DNA of 64,000 nt from Alphaproteobacteria bacterium (GCA_965205265.1 CBDBGH010000003.1:3456001-3520000), one strand, 5' to 3'. Positions 31,956 through 42,240 are shown, counted from the stretch's first letter. Numbers and translations are program-made. Notes: a model not told the origin generated them from the sequence alone.

Positions 31956-32086
31956 CGCGTCTGTCGCATCGCTTGCCGTCCGGGCTCCCGATCGAAAAAG
32001 AAGGGCGGCGCAGGAAACGCGCCACCCTTGTCACGACCGGGAACCGGGCCGGCCTCCCGCATGAACGGGAGCCCGGCCCCGTGCGG

Positions 32087-34735
32087 CTACTCCGTCGTCG
32101 GCGTCTGAAGCTCCGTGCCGAAGGCGCCGACCATCCGGTGGGTGCCGCCGTGTTCGGCCTGGAACTTGCCCATGATCGCGGTCGGATGGTTGCTGCCGTC
32201 GCCGCCATTCTCAACCGTGCCGGGCTTGTCGTCATACAGGTTGGCCACCCAGCTCCCGGCCGGCGCCGCCTTGTTGCCGTTGATCGACCACACCGTCTTT
32301 TCCGTGTTGACGATGTGGCCCTTCTGGGCATCGGTGGCCAAGCTGGGGTCGGTGGTCCAGGCCGCCTTGTTCAACGTCACGCTCCAGTCGTTCTTCATCC
32401 CGTTTTTCAGCCTGAAGTCGTGGATCGTGCCGGTCAGGCCCGTGTCGGCGTTCAGGTTGGCGGTCCCGAACTGGGCCTTCAGCGTGGCCGTCGCCGTGAA
32501 CTCGCCACCGCCGCCCTTCTCGTTGAGCGGGTCGTTGATGGCGTACCAGCCGATCGCGGGGCCCTCATAGGTCGCCGCCCTGCCTCGGTTGACGTTCAGG
32601 CTCTTGCCGTCCGTGGCGAGATCGACGCCCCCGCCGACGGACTGGTAGAAGGCGCTGACCGCCGCCGGCATGCCGTCGGCGTCGTTCCGCACCCACCAGC
32701 CGAAGTACATGTAGCTGAGGTCCCTTTCCAGCACCTTCGCGCCCGCGTCGTGGACGAAGTACCAGTCGGCGGACATGAAGTAGCCGCCGAACCCGCCTCC
32801 TCCGACCCCGGTCTCGACCGTGCAGGTGCCGCTTGCGGGGCAGAAGTAGTTGCCCGGCGCGCCGTAGTAGGTGCCGGGGACCTTGATCTCCGCGCCCCCG
32901 TCGGCCGGCTTCGGAGCGGTCACGGACCCTATCCCGACGGTCCACTTGTCGAACGTGGCGGATGCGATCGCCCGGTCGACCCCGGTGCCCAGGGTCAGTC
33001 TGCGCGCGTGTTTTGGGCCGCTGTTGCCGGATACGAACGGCTCGTAGGTCCCCTTGTTGATCCAGTCGGTGTCGTCCTTGAAGAACTTCGCGGCATCCAT
33101 CGGGACGACACCCCATCTCTCCAGCGGGCCGCCCTGCCGGTCGTTGTACACCCGGACCTTGTCGGTGACCTTCATGCTGCCGGAGCCGGTGGTCCTTTCG
33201 TAGTGCGTGACGTTCCACCGGCCCACCTTGTCCATGGTCGTGTCGTGCCCGGGGCGCCCCTCCGCGCCGTGCCTGAAGTACACGGCGGTGTGGGTGTTCG
33301 CAGTCGCGATGCTCCCCGCGCCGGCCGCGGGGTCGATGCGGAAGTCCCCCCGCTCGCCCCTCTGACCGGTCGCCTCCGCCGGGGCGTCGTGCTGGCTATC
33401 GGTGATACTGGTGATGTAGTACGGGACGGTCGCGAGGTTGTTCAGCGCGTTCACCGGGGCCGTTGTGTCATCGGACGGACCCATCGCCGCGTACAGCGCC
33501 CGGCCCATCCTGTGCCCGTCCATGCGCGCCGTCTTGGCGTCGCCGAAGGCGTCCTCCTGCAGGGCGAGCCTCGTGCGCAGCAACTCCTTGTTGGCCTCGG
33601 GGATGTTCGCGTCCGCGATCGCCGTCTTGGCCGCCGCGATGGCGGCTTCGACGTCGGTCACGGTGCTTTCCTCGGACAGGGACGTGATCCTGGCGATCGC
33701 GTCCATGACCGCCTTAATCTCGCCGTCCGTGATCGTCGTGACGACGCCGGCGATGCGGGTCTCCTCGGCCTTGGCCGCCATGCGGGAGTCCTTGGCCCGG
33801 TCGAGCGCGCCCTGATGCATGGCAATCTTCGAGCGAAGCTTCGCCTTTTCAGACTCGGGGATGTTTGCGCCCTCGATCTCCGCCTTGGCCGCGTCGATGG
33901 CGGCCTGGGCGTCCGTCACGGTGTCGTCGCCGGACGTGTTCGTGACCATCTTGACCGCCTCCATGGCCGCCGCGACCTGGGTGCCCTCGATGTTCTTGAC
34001 AACATGATCGTGGTAATGGCCCTGCGCCGTCTTGATCTGCCCGTCGTCAGCGTCCGCACGGTCCGCCTGAGCCTGATACCGGTCCTTTTCGTCGTCGGTC
34101 AGATCCTCGGCGCCCGCGATCGCCGCTTTCAGCTCTCTGAGAGCGGCCATGGCGGCGTCGAGCTGCGCCTTCGTGGGCGTCACGCCCGCAAACGCCGCAA
34201 GAGCCATGTCGAGCTTTCCGGAAGCCCCCGAAAGCGCGTTCATCTGCTCTTTCCGGTCCACGGCTGTCTGGGCACTGGCCAGTTGCGTCCGATACGTCGC
34301 CTTGTTGGCATCGCTCACGTCGCCCGCATCGTCCAGCGCCTCCTTGAGAGCCGCGATGGCCGCCTTGGCCGCGGCGAGCTTGTCCGCGTCCGACAGGTCG
34401 GACGTGTCGACCTCGGCGAGCGCGTCCATCAGCGCCTTCTTCTGATCCATCTCGCGAGCCATCGTCGCCAGCACCGTCTTGCGCGCCGCAGCCGCCGCCT
34501 GAAGCTTCGCGAGCTCCTCGCCGGAAACGCCGGCCGTTGCATCGGCAACGGCCTTGTCGACCGCAGCGTCCGTCGTGGCCGCCTTGATGGCCGCGTCCGC
34601 CTTCTGGTAGGGCGTCTGCGTCTGCGCCGGCATCTGCGTCGTCGTCGACGGCGAGCTTCCGCCCCCGCCGCAGCCGGCAAGCCCCAGAGCCGTGGCGGCC
34701 ATGACCGCGATCGCCCAATGCTTCACAATTCTCAT
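32087..34735 (-). CDS. 882-aa lipoprotein with helical N-terminal repeats and C-terminal TbpB-like beta-barrel, copy 1
   Basis: Lipobox LAG-C then GGGG; YFGWW, ATYEGPAIGWY, GEFTATATLKAQF, LTGTIHDF, MVGAFG; directly upstream of Slam. Confidence 0.8.
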   Translation of the reverse strand: MRIVKHWAIAVMAATALGLAGCGGGGSSPSTTTQMPAQTQTPYQKADAAIKAATTDAAVDKAVADATAGVSGEELAKLQAAAAARKTVLATMAREMDQKKALMDALAEVDTSDLSDADKLAAAKAAIAALKEALDDAGDVSDANKATYRTQLASAQTAVDRKEQMNALSGASGKLDMALAAFAGVTPTKAQLDAAMAALRELKAAIAGAEDLTDDEKDRYQAQADRADADDGQIKTAQGHYHDHVVKNIEGTQVAAAMEAVKMVTNTSGDDTVTDAQAAIDAAKAEIEGANIPESEKAKLRSKIAMHQGALDRAKDSRMAAKAEETRIAGVVTTITDGEIKAVMDAIARITSLSEESTVTDVEAAIAAAKTAIADANIPEANKELLRTRLALQEDAFGDAKTARMDGHRMGRALYAAMGPSDDTTAPVNALNNLATVPYYITSITDSQHDAPAEATGQRGERGDFRIDPAAGAGSIATANTHTAVYFRHGAEGRPGHDTTMDKVGRWNVTHYERTTGSGSMKVTDKVRVYNDRQGGPLERWGVVPMDAAKFFKDDTDWINKGTYEPFVSGNSGPKHARRLTLGTGVDRAIASATFDKWTVGIGSVTAPKPADGGAEIKVPGTYYGAPGNYFCPASGTCTVETGVGGGGFGGYFMSADWYFVHDAGAKVLERDLSYMYFGWWVRNDADGMPAAVSAFYQSVGGGVDLATDGKSLNVNRGRAATYEGPAIGWYAINDPLNEKGGGGEFTATATLKAQFGTANLNADTGLTGTIHDFRLKNGMKNDWSVTLNKAAWTTDPSLATDAQKGHIVNTEKTVWSINGNKAAPAGSWVANLYDDKPGTVENGGDGSNHPTAIMGKFQAEHGGTHRMVGAFGTELQTPTTE

Positions 34736-34899
34736 GAACCCTTCTCCTTTCAGCAGGAACGCCTCGCCGGTCCCCGATGCAAACTCCGGGCAAAGTGTAG
34801 GTGGAACGCAGGGCGTGTCAACAAACTAAAACACTTCATGCGCCGTTCCCTCATGCGAGCCCCAGCGCAGGCGGAGCATAGGCGGACAGGACGGGAGAA

Positions 34900-35286
34900 T
34901 CAACAACTCCGGAGCTTCCGCTCGACCGCCACCGCCACCCGCTCGGCGGCTTGGCCGAGGGTCGCGTCGTCGAGATGGACATAGCGGTTCGTCGTGCTGG
35001 CCCGGCGGTGTCCGAGCAGGCGTCCTGCGACATGCAGGCTTTCGCCATTCATGACGGCGTGCGAGGCATGCGCATGTCGCAGGTCATGAAGCCGCGCATC
35101 CGCCACGATCCCGGCCGCATCGCGCGTCGTGGTCCAGAAATAGTGGAGTTCGTTGCTGCCCAACGGCCCGTCTCCGCTCCTGCCCGGAAACACACATTCC
35201 CCGGACGCCGATTCGGCGAGGCCGGCCAGCAACGCCCGCGCCGCTTCGCCCAGCAGAACGTGCCTCGGGCCCGTCTTGGTGTCGGG
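34900..35286 (-). pseudogene. 3' fragment of tyrosine integrase (int2)
   Basis: Matches the last ~128 codons of 56110-57267 (HDLRH, LGH, TTNRY); 5' part missing. Confidence 0.9.
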
Positions 35287-35516
35287 AAGAAGAGTTTATT
35301 CTGTAACCCACTATACTGCAACGATTATTGTTTTCTCTCAACGTCATTCGCGATCAAACCGAAAGCGGTTTCGGTAGCAACGCAGCGTAGAATGGCGCGT
35401 CCGTTTCGAGAAACGTTCCGTCGGGCCGTGGAGGGCCTTCGGGTCTTGGGGGATGAGGAGACGGTTATCCGCCCCTTGTCCTGCGCACAGCCGTCCGACC
35501 GCGCCCGGGTTCGATT

Positions 35517-35750
35517 CTACCGATCGAGGGTGCGCCGCCAATCTTTTCGGAGTGTGCGGAGCCAGATGTCCTTTTTCGGCTGGGCTCGTTTGGTATGCCG
35601 GTCGTAACGCCCGCGCCCCTGGGTGGTCCCGGCGTTGATCCATCCCGAGGCGCGATAGACGGCGCCGGTGTAGCGCGGGGTCTCGACGAAGGTCTTGATG
35701 AGCACGGGGGTGACGTTGTGGCGCTCGGTCCAGTCGACGGGCAGGCGTCC
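35517..35750 (-). pseudogene. DUF4338 (DruA-like) C-terminal remnant
   Basis: LPVDW..RH...PVLIKTFVE.PRYTGAVYRASGW...GTTQGRGRYD.....PKKDIW. Confidence 0.7.
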
Positions 35751-35919
35751 GCGCTCCGTCCGACGCGTCTCGCCGGCCCACCGTCCTTCTTCCGGTCTCC
35801 CCGCCCGCGCGCTCCTTGCCGGCAGGAGGGGAGGCCTGGCCGTGAGCGGGGCGGCGGTCGGGTGTCCGGGGAGGGCGTCCGGCCGCTGTTTCCCCCCACG
35901 GCATGATGGAGACGGCAGC

Positions 35920-36246
35920 ATGAGCGCAGCGATCGCGATTCCCGGCAACACCGCGGCAACCTTTCTCACCCATTTCTTCGGACCCGGCCTGTCCGACGAC
36001 GACCGCTATGTGGTCGAGCGCTACCGCACGCTCGCGAACGGCGACATTCGGCGTTGCCCGGACCCGGCGCCTGCCAGGGGCCGGCGCAAGGCGGGCCATG
36101 CCACCGCGACCTTGAAGGCGGTGAAGGAGATGCGGCCCGAGCGCAACGAGATCATCATCTGCACCGGCCTCGGCACCCGGGGCGGGGTCCAGTACTGGGG
36201 CGTCTACGCCATGGGGTTCGGTATCGACCGCCGCCAGAAGGGCTGA
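35920..36246 (+). CDS. Hypothetical protein
   Basis: GGAGA RBS; MSAAIAIPGNTAATFLTHFF... Confidence 0.55.
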   Translation: MSAAIAIPGNTAATFLTHFFGPGLSDDDRYVVERYRTLANGDIRRCPDPAPARGRRKAGHATATLKAVKEMRPERNEIIICTGLGTRGGVQYWGVYAMGFGIDRRQKG

Positions 36247-36353
36247 CCGCCCCCTTCCGGGACATCCTGCCGGCCCGACGCCAGCGGGGCGTCCGCCTTT
36301 CCCCTTGTTCCACGAACCGAGGAGGACGGCATGACCTGTGCCGACCCGGAAAT

Positions 36354-36385
36354 CCGCCGAAATTCCGAGCTCGGAATTTCGGCGG
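36354..36385. repeat. Perfect 32-bp palindrome at the left RIT junction
   Basis: CCGCCGAAATTCCGAG|CTCGGAATTTCGGCGG. Confidence 0.9.
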
Positions 36386-36527
36386 TTATCCCGAGTCGCT
36401 TCTAATGCCGAGTCGGGTGCGGAAGTCACCTTGTCCATTGAGTTTCTCCATAGGTTTACTCGGCATTAAATTCGGGTGTCATCGCGCCTATGAGTCGTCC
36501 CCCCTTTCGATGAAATGGAGGACGACA

Positions 36528-38108
36528 ATGGCTTCAAGACGAGATCGCCGGCCCCTGCTGGCGACTACGGCACTGACCAGCATCGACCCGGTCATTCGAG
36601 CGTTTATCGACGATCTCCGTGTCCGTCGGGGGATCGAAGGAAATCGTGTCCGTCGCTACCGGAGCACTGCCCGACACTTCGTGGTCTGGCTTGCGTTGAC
36701 CGGTATTGCGCTGGAAACAGTCGACCGCACAGCGATCGAGCGTTTCCTCCAACACGACTGCGAGTGCAGTGCGGGAATGCCGGCGTCTGCCGGGTTCAGT
36801 CGATGGAGCAAACGCCGCTCCTGGCCTCCCCTCATGGATTTCGTCTATTTCCTCGAGCGGGCGGGCAAGATCGAGACCCCTGGCGAACTGGACGGGAATC
36901 TCCGGCTTCTCGAAGATCATCTCGATCACATGCGCGGCAGCGGCCATGCCGATAGAACCCTCGTGCTGCATCGCAGCGCATGCGCGAATCTCATTGCCTG
37001 GTTCCATTTCTCGCGGATCCCGCTGCGCGATCTAACCCCGGATGCATATGCTCGGTTCCGGTGTCGGCAGTTCATCTGTTCGATCCCCGGAGTGTTCTAC
37101 GGCCAAGGGATAAGTTCCCCCGAAGGTATTCGTTACGACCGAGCGATCCGCAAGTTCCTCGACCACCTTGTCGTGATCGGACGGATTGAACCCTTGGACC
37201 CGGTGCCGGAGGAAGAGCCGCCCGCGGTCATCGAGAGGTTCTCGGCATGGCTTGAGCGCCATCGAGGTCTCCGCCCCAAGACGATACGGCAGCACACCCA
37301 TCTGATCGCTGCCGTCCTGCCCGATCTCGGAGACGATCCCGAGGTCATTGATACGGCACTGATCCGCCGGGTGCTGTTCGAGCAACTTGAGCACCGATCT
37401 GCAAAGTATGCGAAACGGCTGACGACCGCGATGCGCGTGTATTTACGGTTCCTGGCATCGGAACATGGCACCGCGGCTACGCTGGTCGAGGCCGTGCCAA
37501 CGGTGCCCCAGTGGCGCCTGTCGGCGTTGCCGCGATACATCCCGCCCAACGATGTCGAGCGTGCTATCGCGTCGTGCGACGACGACCCGGTGGGCGCGCG
37601 AAACCGTGCCATCCTGCTGCTTCTGGCGCGACTGGCGCTGCGAGCCGGCGATGTGGTTGATCTACGCCTCGGCGATATTGACTGGGACAAGGCCGAGATC
37701 CGTGTTGCAGGCAAATCACGGCGGCAGACGGCACTGCCTCTGCCCCAGGATGTCGGCGATGCGCTCCACGCCTATATCGCGACGGTTCGGCCAAGGGTGG
37801 ACGAAGAGAAAGTCTTCCTCTGCGCCAACGCCCCCTGGCGTCCTTTCCCGGGTTCATACGTTGTCAGTTACGTGGCTCGGAGTGCGCTGGATCGTGCCGG
37901 AGTTTCCACGCTCGCCAACCCCGGTCGCGGTGCGCATGTGTTCCGCCATTCGCAAGCAACCGGGTTGCTCAGATCCGGAGCAACGCTGGACACCATCCAG
38001 TTCCTGCTTCGACACGAGTCCCGAAACAGCACGGAAATCTACGCCAAGACCGATGCGGTCATGTTGCAGGAGGTTGCACAACCCTGGATCGGAGGGATGG
38101 AAGGATGA
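36528..38108 (+). CDS. Tyrosine recombinase RitA-like (526 aa, extended N-terminus)
   Basis: LPRYI, RNRAILLLLARLALR, GKSRR, HVFRHS, LRH, TEIYAK. Confidence 0.9.
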   Translation: MASRRDRRPLLATTALTSIDPVIRAFIDDLRVRRGIEGNRVRRYRSTARHFVVWLALTGIALETVDRTAIERFLQHDCECSAGMPASAGFSRWSKRRSWPPLMDFVYFLERAGKIETPGELDGNLRLLEDHLDHMRGSGHADRTLVLHRSACANLIAWFHFSRIPLRDLTPDAYARFRCRQFICSIPGVFYGQGISSPEGIRYDRAIRKFLDHLVVIGRIEPLDPVPEEEPPAVIERFSAWLERHRGLRPKTIRQHTHLIAAVLPDLGDDPEVIDTALIRRVLFEQLEHRSAKYAKRLTTAMRVYLRFLASEHGTAATLVEAVPTVPQWRLSALPRYIPPNDVERAIASCDDDPVGARNRAILLLLARLALRAGDVVDLRLGDIDWDKAEIRVAGKSRRQTALPLPQDVGDALHAYIATVRPRVDEEKVFLCANAPWRPFPGSYVVSYVARSALDRAGVSTLANPGRGAHVFRHSQATGLLRSGATLDTIQFLLRHESRNSTEIYAKTDAVMLQEVAQPWIGGMEG

Positions 38109-39034
38109 CGAAAAAAACCACCATCACCGACCATGTCGAGCGCTTTGTCGCGATGAAGCAGAAACTCGGCTACCGCTTCCCGTCGAGTGCCTGGCCACTG
38201 CAAGGCTTCGCGCGGTTCGCCGAGGATCGTAGCGAGACATTCATTCGTTCCGCGACCGCCGTCGAGTGGGCGTCGACGGCGCGATCGCAGTCGCAGCGGG
38301 TCAGGATGCTGCATACGGTTCATGCACTAGCCTGCTGGCTGCACGCCGAGGATGTTCGCCACGAAGTACCGCCTCGTGACGCTCTGGGTTATCGGTCCAG
38401 ACGCAGGCCGAAGCCGCACCTGATATCGACTCCAGACATCCAGAAACTGCTGACGGCGGCGCTTTCCGTGCCGCCCCACGGCACGATCGCCCCCCTGACC
38501 TGGCATTACATGTTCGGCCTCATCGCAGTAGCCGGGCTGCGCATCCGCGAAGCTCTCGCACTGACGCTGAATGACGTCACCCCGGACGGTTTGGTCATCC
38601 GCGACACCAAGTTCGGGAAGTCCCGGATGGTCGCGCTGCACCCGACCACCCGGCATGCGCTGAACCGTTACCTGGCGGTACGGCGCAAGGAGAAAACCCC
38701 GGACAGACATCTGTTCGTTGTCACCACTGGCGGGCCGCCTTGCTACTCCAGGGCGCAGAAAGTCTTCCAGCGGATCGCGGAACAAACGGGAATCCGCGAA
38801 CCCGGTACAGCACGCGGTCCGACACTCCACTCACTGCGCCACAGCTTCGCCGTGCGGTCATTCGAGAACCTGGAACCCGGCGCCGATCCGGACCGTCATA
38901 TGCTGGCGCTCGCCACCTATCTCGGCCACTCCCAAGTCCAGCATACCTACTGGTATCTGGAATCGACGCCTGTCCTTCTGCGCAGCATCGCCGAAGCTGC
39001 CGAGAGGGCTCACGCGCATGGGGGGATCCGATGA
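38105..39034 (+). CDS. Tyrosine recombinase RitB-like
   Basis: LGYRF, GLRIREAL, TKFGKSR, HSLRHSFAV, LATYLGH, TYWYL. Confidence 0.92.
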   Translation: MTKKTTITDHVERFVAMKQKLGYRFPSSAWPLQGFARFAEDRSETFIRSATAVEWASTARSQSQRVRMLHTVHALACWLHAEDVRHEVPPRDALGYRSRRRPKPHLISTPDIQKLLTAALSVPPHGTIAPLTWHYMFGLIAVAGLRIREALALTLNDVTPDGLVIRDTKFGKSRMVALHPTTRHALNRYLAVRRKEKTPDRHLFVVTTGGPPCYSRAQKVFQRIAEQTGIREPGTARGPTLHSLRHSFAVRSFENLEPGADPDRHMLALATYLGHSQVQHTYWYLESTPVLLRSIAEAAERAHAHGGIR

Positions 39035-40023
39035 CCGATCTTGCCCCCCACCTTACCACCTTCCTTCAGGAGCATTTGCCCAAAGAGCGGCGCTTTAGCC
39101 GGCACACCGTGCAAGGCTACACCGATTGCTTCCGGCTGCTGGTCCTCTACGCGGCCGAAAACATCGGAATCCGTCCCTGTGCCTTGAAGATCGAGCACTT
39201 CACGGTGGCGTTTCTGCTGTCCTTCCTCGAGTTCCTGGAGAACGACCGGGAAAACAGCGTCGGCACCCGCAATATCCGCCTCGCCGCCATCAAGTCCTTC
39301 TTCCGGTATGTGGAATACCGTGTCCCGGGCTGTCTTGACCTCGCATTGCAGGTGCGCGCTGTCCCGCACAAGCGTGCCAACAGGCCACTGATCGACTGGC
39401 TCGACCGGGACGAGATGCAAGCGATCCTGGACGCGCCGGACACCGCGACGGTCGCAGGTCTACGTGATCGGGCGATGCTGCACCTGTGTTATGCCGCCGG
39501 GCTCCGGGTGTCGGAGTTGATCGGGCTGACGCTCGATAGACTGTCGGGTCCACAGATGGAAACCATCCGCATCCTGGGCAAGGGGCGGCGTGACCGCGAA
39601 CTGCCGTTGTGGAAGGAAACCAGGAGCGTTCTCAACGAGTGGCTGGACGTCCGGCCGCCGGTCAATAACCGCTACCTGTTCCTCAACGCACGAGGACGGG
39701 CGATGAGCGCGGATGGCTTCGCGTACATCCTCAAGAAGCATGTCGCCACGGCTACACCGAAGGCTCCGTCGCTCCGGAGCAAGCGGGTGACCCCGCATGT
39801 GCTGCGTCATGCCACCGCCATGACGATCCTGCACGCCACCGGAGACGTCCGGAAAGTCTCTCTCTGGCTCGGCCACGCGGACATCAAAACCACCGAAGCG
39901 TATCTCCGTGCAAGCCCAGTGGAGAAACTGGAAATCCTTCAGAACAACCCACCGCCGTCCATCAGACCGGGGACGTTCCGCGGTGTGCAGGACGACCTGA
40001 TGAGTGTTCTCAGCGCGCGATGA
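39031..40023 (+). CDS. Tyrosine recombinase RitC-like
   Basis: TRNIRLAAIKSFFRY, GLRVSEL, GKGRR, PHVLRH, LWLGHA, TTEAY. Confidence 0.92.
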   Translation: MTDLAPHLTTFLQEHLPKERRFSRHTVQGYTDCFRLLVLYAAENIGIRPCALKIEHFTVAFLLSFLEFLENDRENSVGTRNIRLAAIKSFFRYVEYRVPGCLDLALQVRAVPHKRANRPLIDWLDRDEMQAILDAPDTATVAGLRDRAMLHLCYAAGLRVSELIGLTLDRLSGPQMETIRILGKGRRDRELPLWKETRSVLNEWLDVRPPVNNRYLFLNARGRAMSADGFAYILKKHVATATPKAPSLRSKRVTPHVLRHATAMTILHATGDVRKVSLWLGHADIKTTEAYLRASPVEKLEILQNNPPPSIRPGTFRGVQDDLMSVLSAR

Positions 40024-41515
40024 CACCCGAATTTAATGCCGAGTAAACCTATGGAGAAACTCAATGGACAAGGTGACTTCCGCACCCGACTCGGCATTAG
40101 AAGCGACTCGGGATAACCGCCGGGCGCGCGACCGCGCGCGCATCGCCAGACGCACCGCCGAACGGACCGAGGCCGGCCTGTGCACGAGATGCGGCAGCAC
40201 CGGGCCTGTCCCGGAGCGCCGCCTGTGCGCGCCCTGCAACGAGAAACAGAACCGCGCGAGCCGGGCGCGGGACGCCCGCCTGCGGGCCGGCAGGAAACCC
40301 CGGCGCGACCCCGAACGGGCAAGGCGTCATGGACGTGAGCGCGACCGCAAGCTCTATGCCGAGCGCGCGGCCGCCGGCATCTGCACCAGGTGCGGCCGGG
40401 CCCCGGCGCGCCCGGACCGCACGACCTGCGGGCCTTGCGCGGAGAAGCATCGTGCGCGTGACCGCGAGCGTGACGCCCGGGCCAGGGCCCAGGGCATGCC
40501 GTATGGCGGGCGCGACCCGGAGGCCCGGCGCAAGGCCGGCCGGGAGCGCAGCCGCCGGCGCAGCGAGGCCCGCCAGGCCGCCGGCCTCTGCACCCGCTGC
40601 GGCAACACCCCGCCCGAAGAGGGCCGGACCATGTGCGGGCCGTGCCGCGCGGACAGGCGGCAGGCGAAACGCGCCCGCCATCACGGTCGCCGCGCCGCCG
40701 GATTGTGCGTCCGGTGCGCGGCGCCCGCGCCGGACGGCAGGGCGTATTGCCCGCCTTGCGCCGGGACCCGGAGCCGGCGGCGGGACCGGAAGGCGAAGCG
40801 GGAGGCCGACCGCCGGCGTTATGCCGAACGCAAGGCCCGGGGCGATTGCACCAGTTGCGGCAAGCCGGCCAACGGGGCGGCCGAGTGCCAGGACTGTCGC
40901 GACGCCGCCCGCGACCGCTACGACGCCCGCAGAACCGCCGGGGTCTGCGTCAAGTGTCAGGCACCCACCTTCGATGGCGCCGCTTACTGCGCGCCCTGCG
41001 CCGTCGTCAGGGCCGAGCGCCGCGACCGCGAGGCCGAACACGCCGCCCGCCGCGACCGCTATGCCGGTCGGAGGGCCCGGGGCCGCTGTGTCGCCTGCAA
41101 CGCGCCCTCGCCGGGCGTGGCGCGTTGCGAGCCCTGTTCGCGCAGGCACCGCGAGAGTTCGGGCGCGTTCCGCGGCATCCCGTTCTGGGACCCGCAGTAT
41201 ACGGTGATCGAGATCGCCACCGGGCGCGAGCACGGGCCGTTCGACAGCGAGGCCGATGTCGCGCTCTGCCTCGTCTTCGAGAAGCTCTCGCGCGACGAGG
41301 TCGAGGTGCTGTGCGATGCCAGCCCCATGGCTTTGCTGACGGCGCCACCCTGGTGAGCCGGCGCGGCCCCGGATCGGCGTTCGCCTGCCCGTCCTGCTTC
41401 CGCCGGGCTGTCGTCCCGGAGTTGGAGAAGGGCTTTGGCGGGGGCGAGCGCCCGGCGGGGTGGAAGGGAGCGGCCCTTCCGCTGGATGTCCGGGCGCCGT
41501 CCAGGGGAGATGCCC

Positions 41516-41653
41516 ATGTCCGAGTTCTTCCACGACGCCGATGCGGCAACCGGCACCGAACACGACGCGCCGGCCTGCGACGAACTGCTGGCCGAGGCCG
41601 GTCTCGACAGCCGGGCCATCCGCGAGGTCCTCGCCGGCCGCGACGCAGAGTGA
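41516..41653 (+). CDS. Small hypothetical protein upstream of ssb copy 2
   Basis: GGAG RBS; resembles 23315-23524. Confidence 0.5.
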   Translation: MSEFFHDADAATGTEHDAPACDELLAEAGLDSRAIREVLAGRDAE

Positions 41654-41760
41654 AGGAAAGCGGGAAGAAGGTGAGCGGCAGGGGGCCGGGGAGAGGGATC
41701 GACCCGGCTTCCCCCGTTCGCAACCCATCGTCAGCAACCAGCCATTCAAGGAGATTCTCC

Positions 41761-42210
41761 ATGGCATTCGGTCTCAATCGCGCGGAACTGATCGGCCGCC
41801 TCGGCGCCGACGTCACCGTCAATCACCTCCAGAGCGGCGGCCGCGTCGCCAATCTGAGCATCGCCACCGACGAATCCTACATCGACGCCAAGACCGGCGA
41901 GCGGGTCGACCGCACCGAGTGGCACCGCATCGTCACCTTCCAGGACGGGCTGATCGACATGCTGGTGAAGCACGCCGTGAAGGGCCGCCTGGTCTATGTC
42001 GCGGGCAAGCTCCAGACCCGGCGCTGGAAGAAGGAGGGCGAGGACTCCGACCGCTTCTCGACCGAGATCCTGCTGGTCCCGGGCGGGCGCGTGCAATTCC
42101 TGGACAAGGGCAACGGCGCCCGGAGCCAGCCCGACCCGGACATGGCGGGCGACGCCGGCACGGCTCCCGCCCCGGCGCCTGCCGACATGGACGACCGGAT
42201 TCCGTTCTGA
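41761..42210 (+). CDS. ssb: Single-stranded DNA-binding protein (copy 2)
   Basis: Near-identical to copy 1; C-terminal DDRIPF. Confidence 0.95.
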   Translation: MAFGLNRAELIGRLGADVTVNHLQSGGRVANLSIATDESYIDAKTGERVDRTEWHRIVTFQDGLIDMLVKHAVKGRLVYVAGKLQTRRWKKEGEDSDRFSTEILLVPGGRVQFLDKGNGARSQPDPDMAGDAGTAPAPAPADMDDRIPF

Positions 42211-42240
42211 TCGGCATCACGCTTCCTCCCTCCCAACTCG

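Larger units (their letters stand above)
30322..35286. repeat. About 5.0-kb duplication, apparently identical to 51532-56496
   Basis: Constant offset of 21210 with identical ORF translations; ends inside the integrase at gtcggg|aaga versus gtcggg|cagc. Confidence 0.9.
36360..40122 (+). mobile_element. RIT (recombinase-in-trio) element
   Basis: Three overlapping tyrosine recombinase genes; 108-bp perfect inverted repeats 36380-36487 / 40015-40122; CCGCCG direct repeat at 36354-36359 and 40117-40122; lower GC than the flanks. Confidence 0.92.
36331..41356 (+). pseudogene. Gene for a protein with seven CxxC...CxxC zinc-ribbon-like repeats, interrupted after codon 9 by the RIT element
   Basis: GGAGG RBS plus ATG 36331 (MTCADPEIR) rejoins in frame at 40123 (RARDRARIARR...); 14 CxxC motifs in 40177-41136. 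Confidence 0.8.

Noticed and set aside
31805-34984. 1059-aa plus-strand ORF (also 53015-56194)
   Set aside because: It is antisense to the lipoprotein, which has a lipobox, an RBS and operon context.
35517-35750. Druantia defence system
   Set aside because: Only a DUF4338 C-terminal remnant is present, with no other dru genes.
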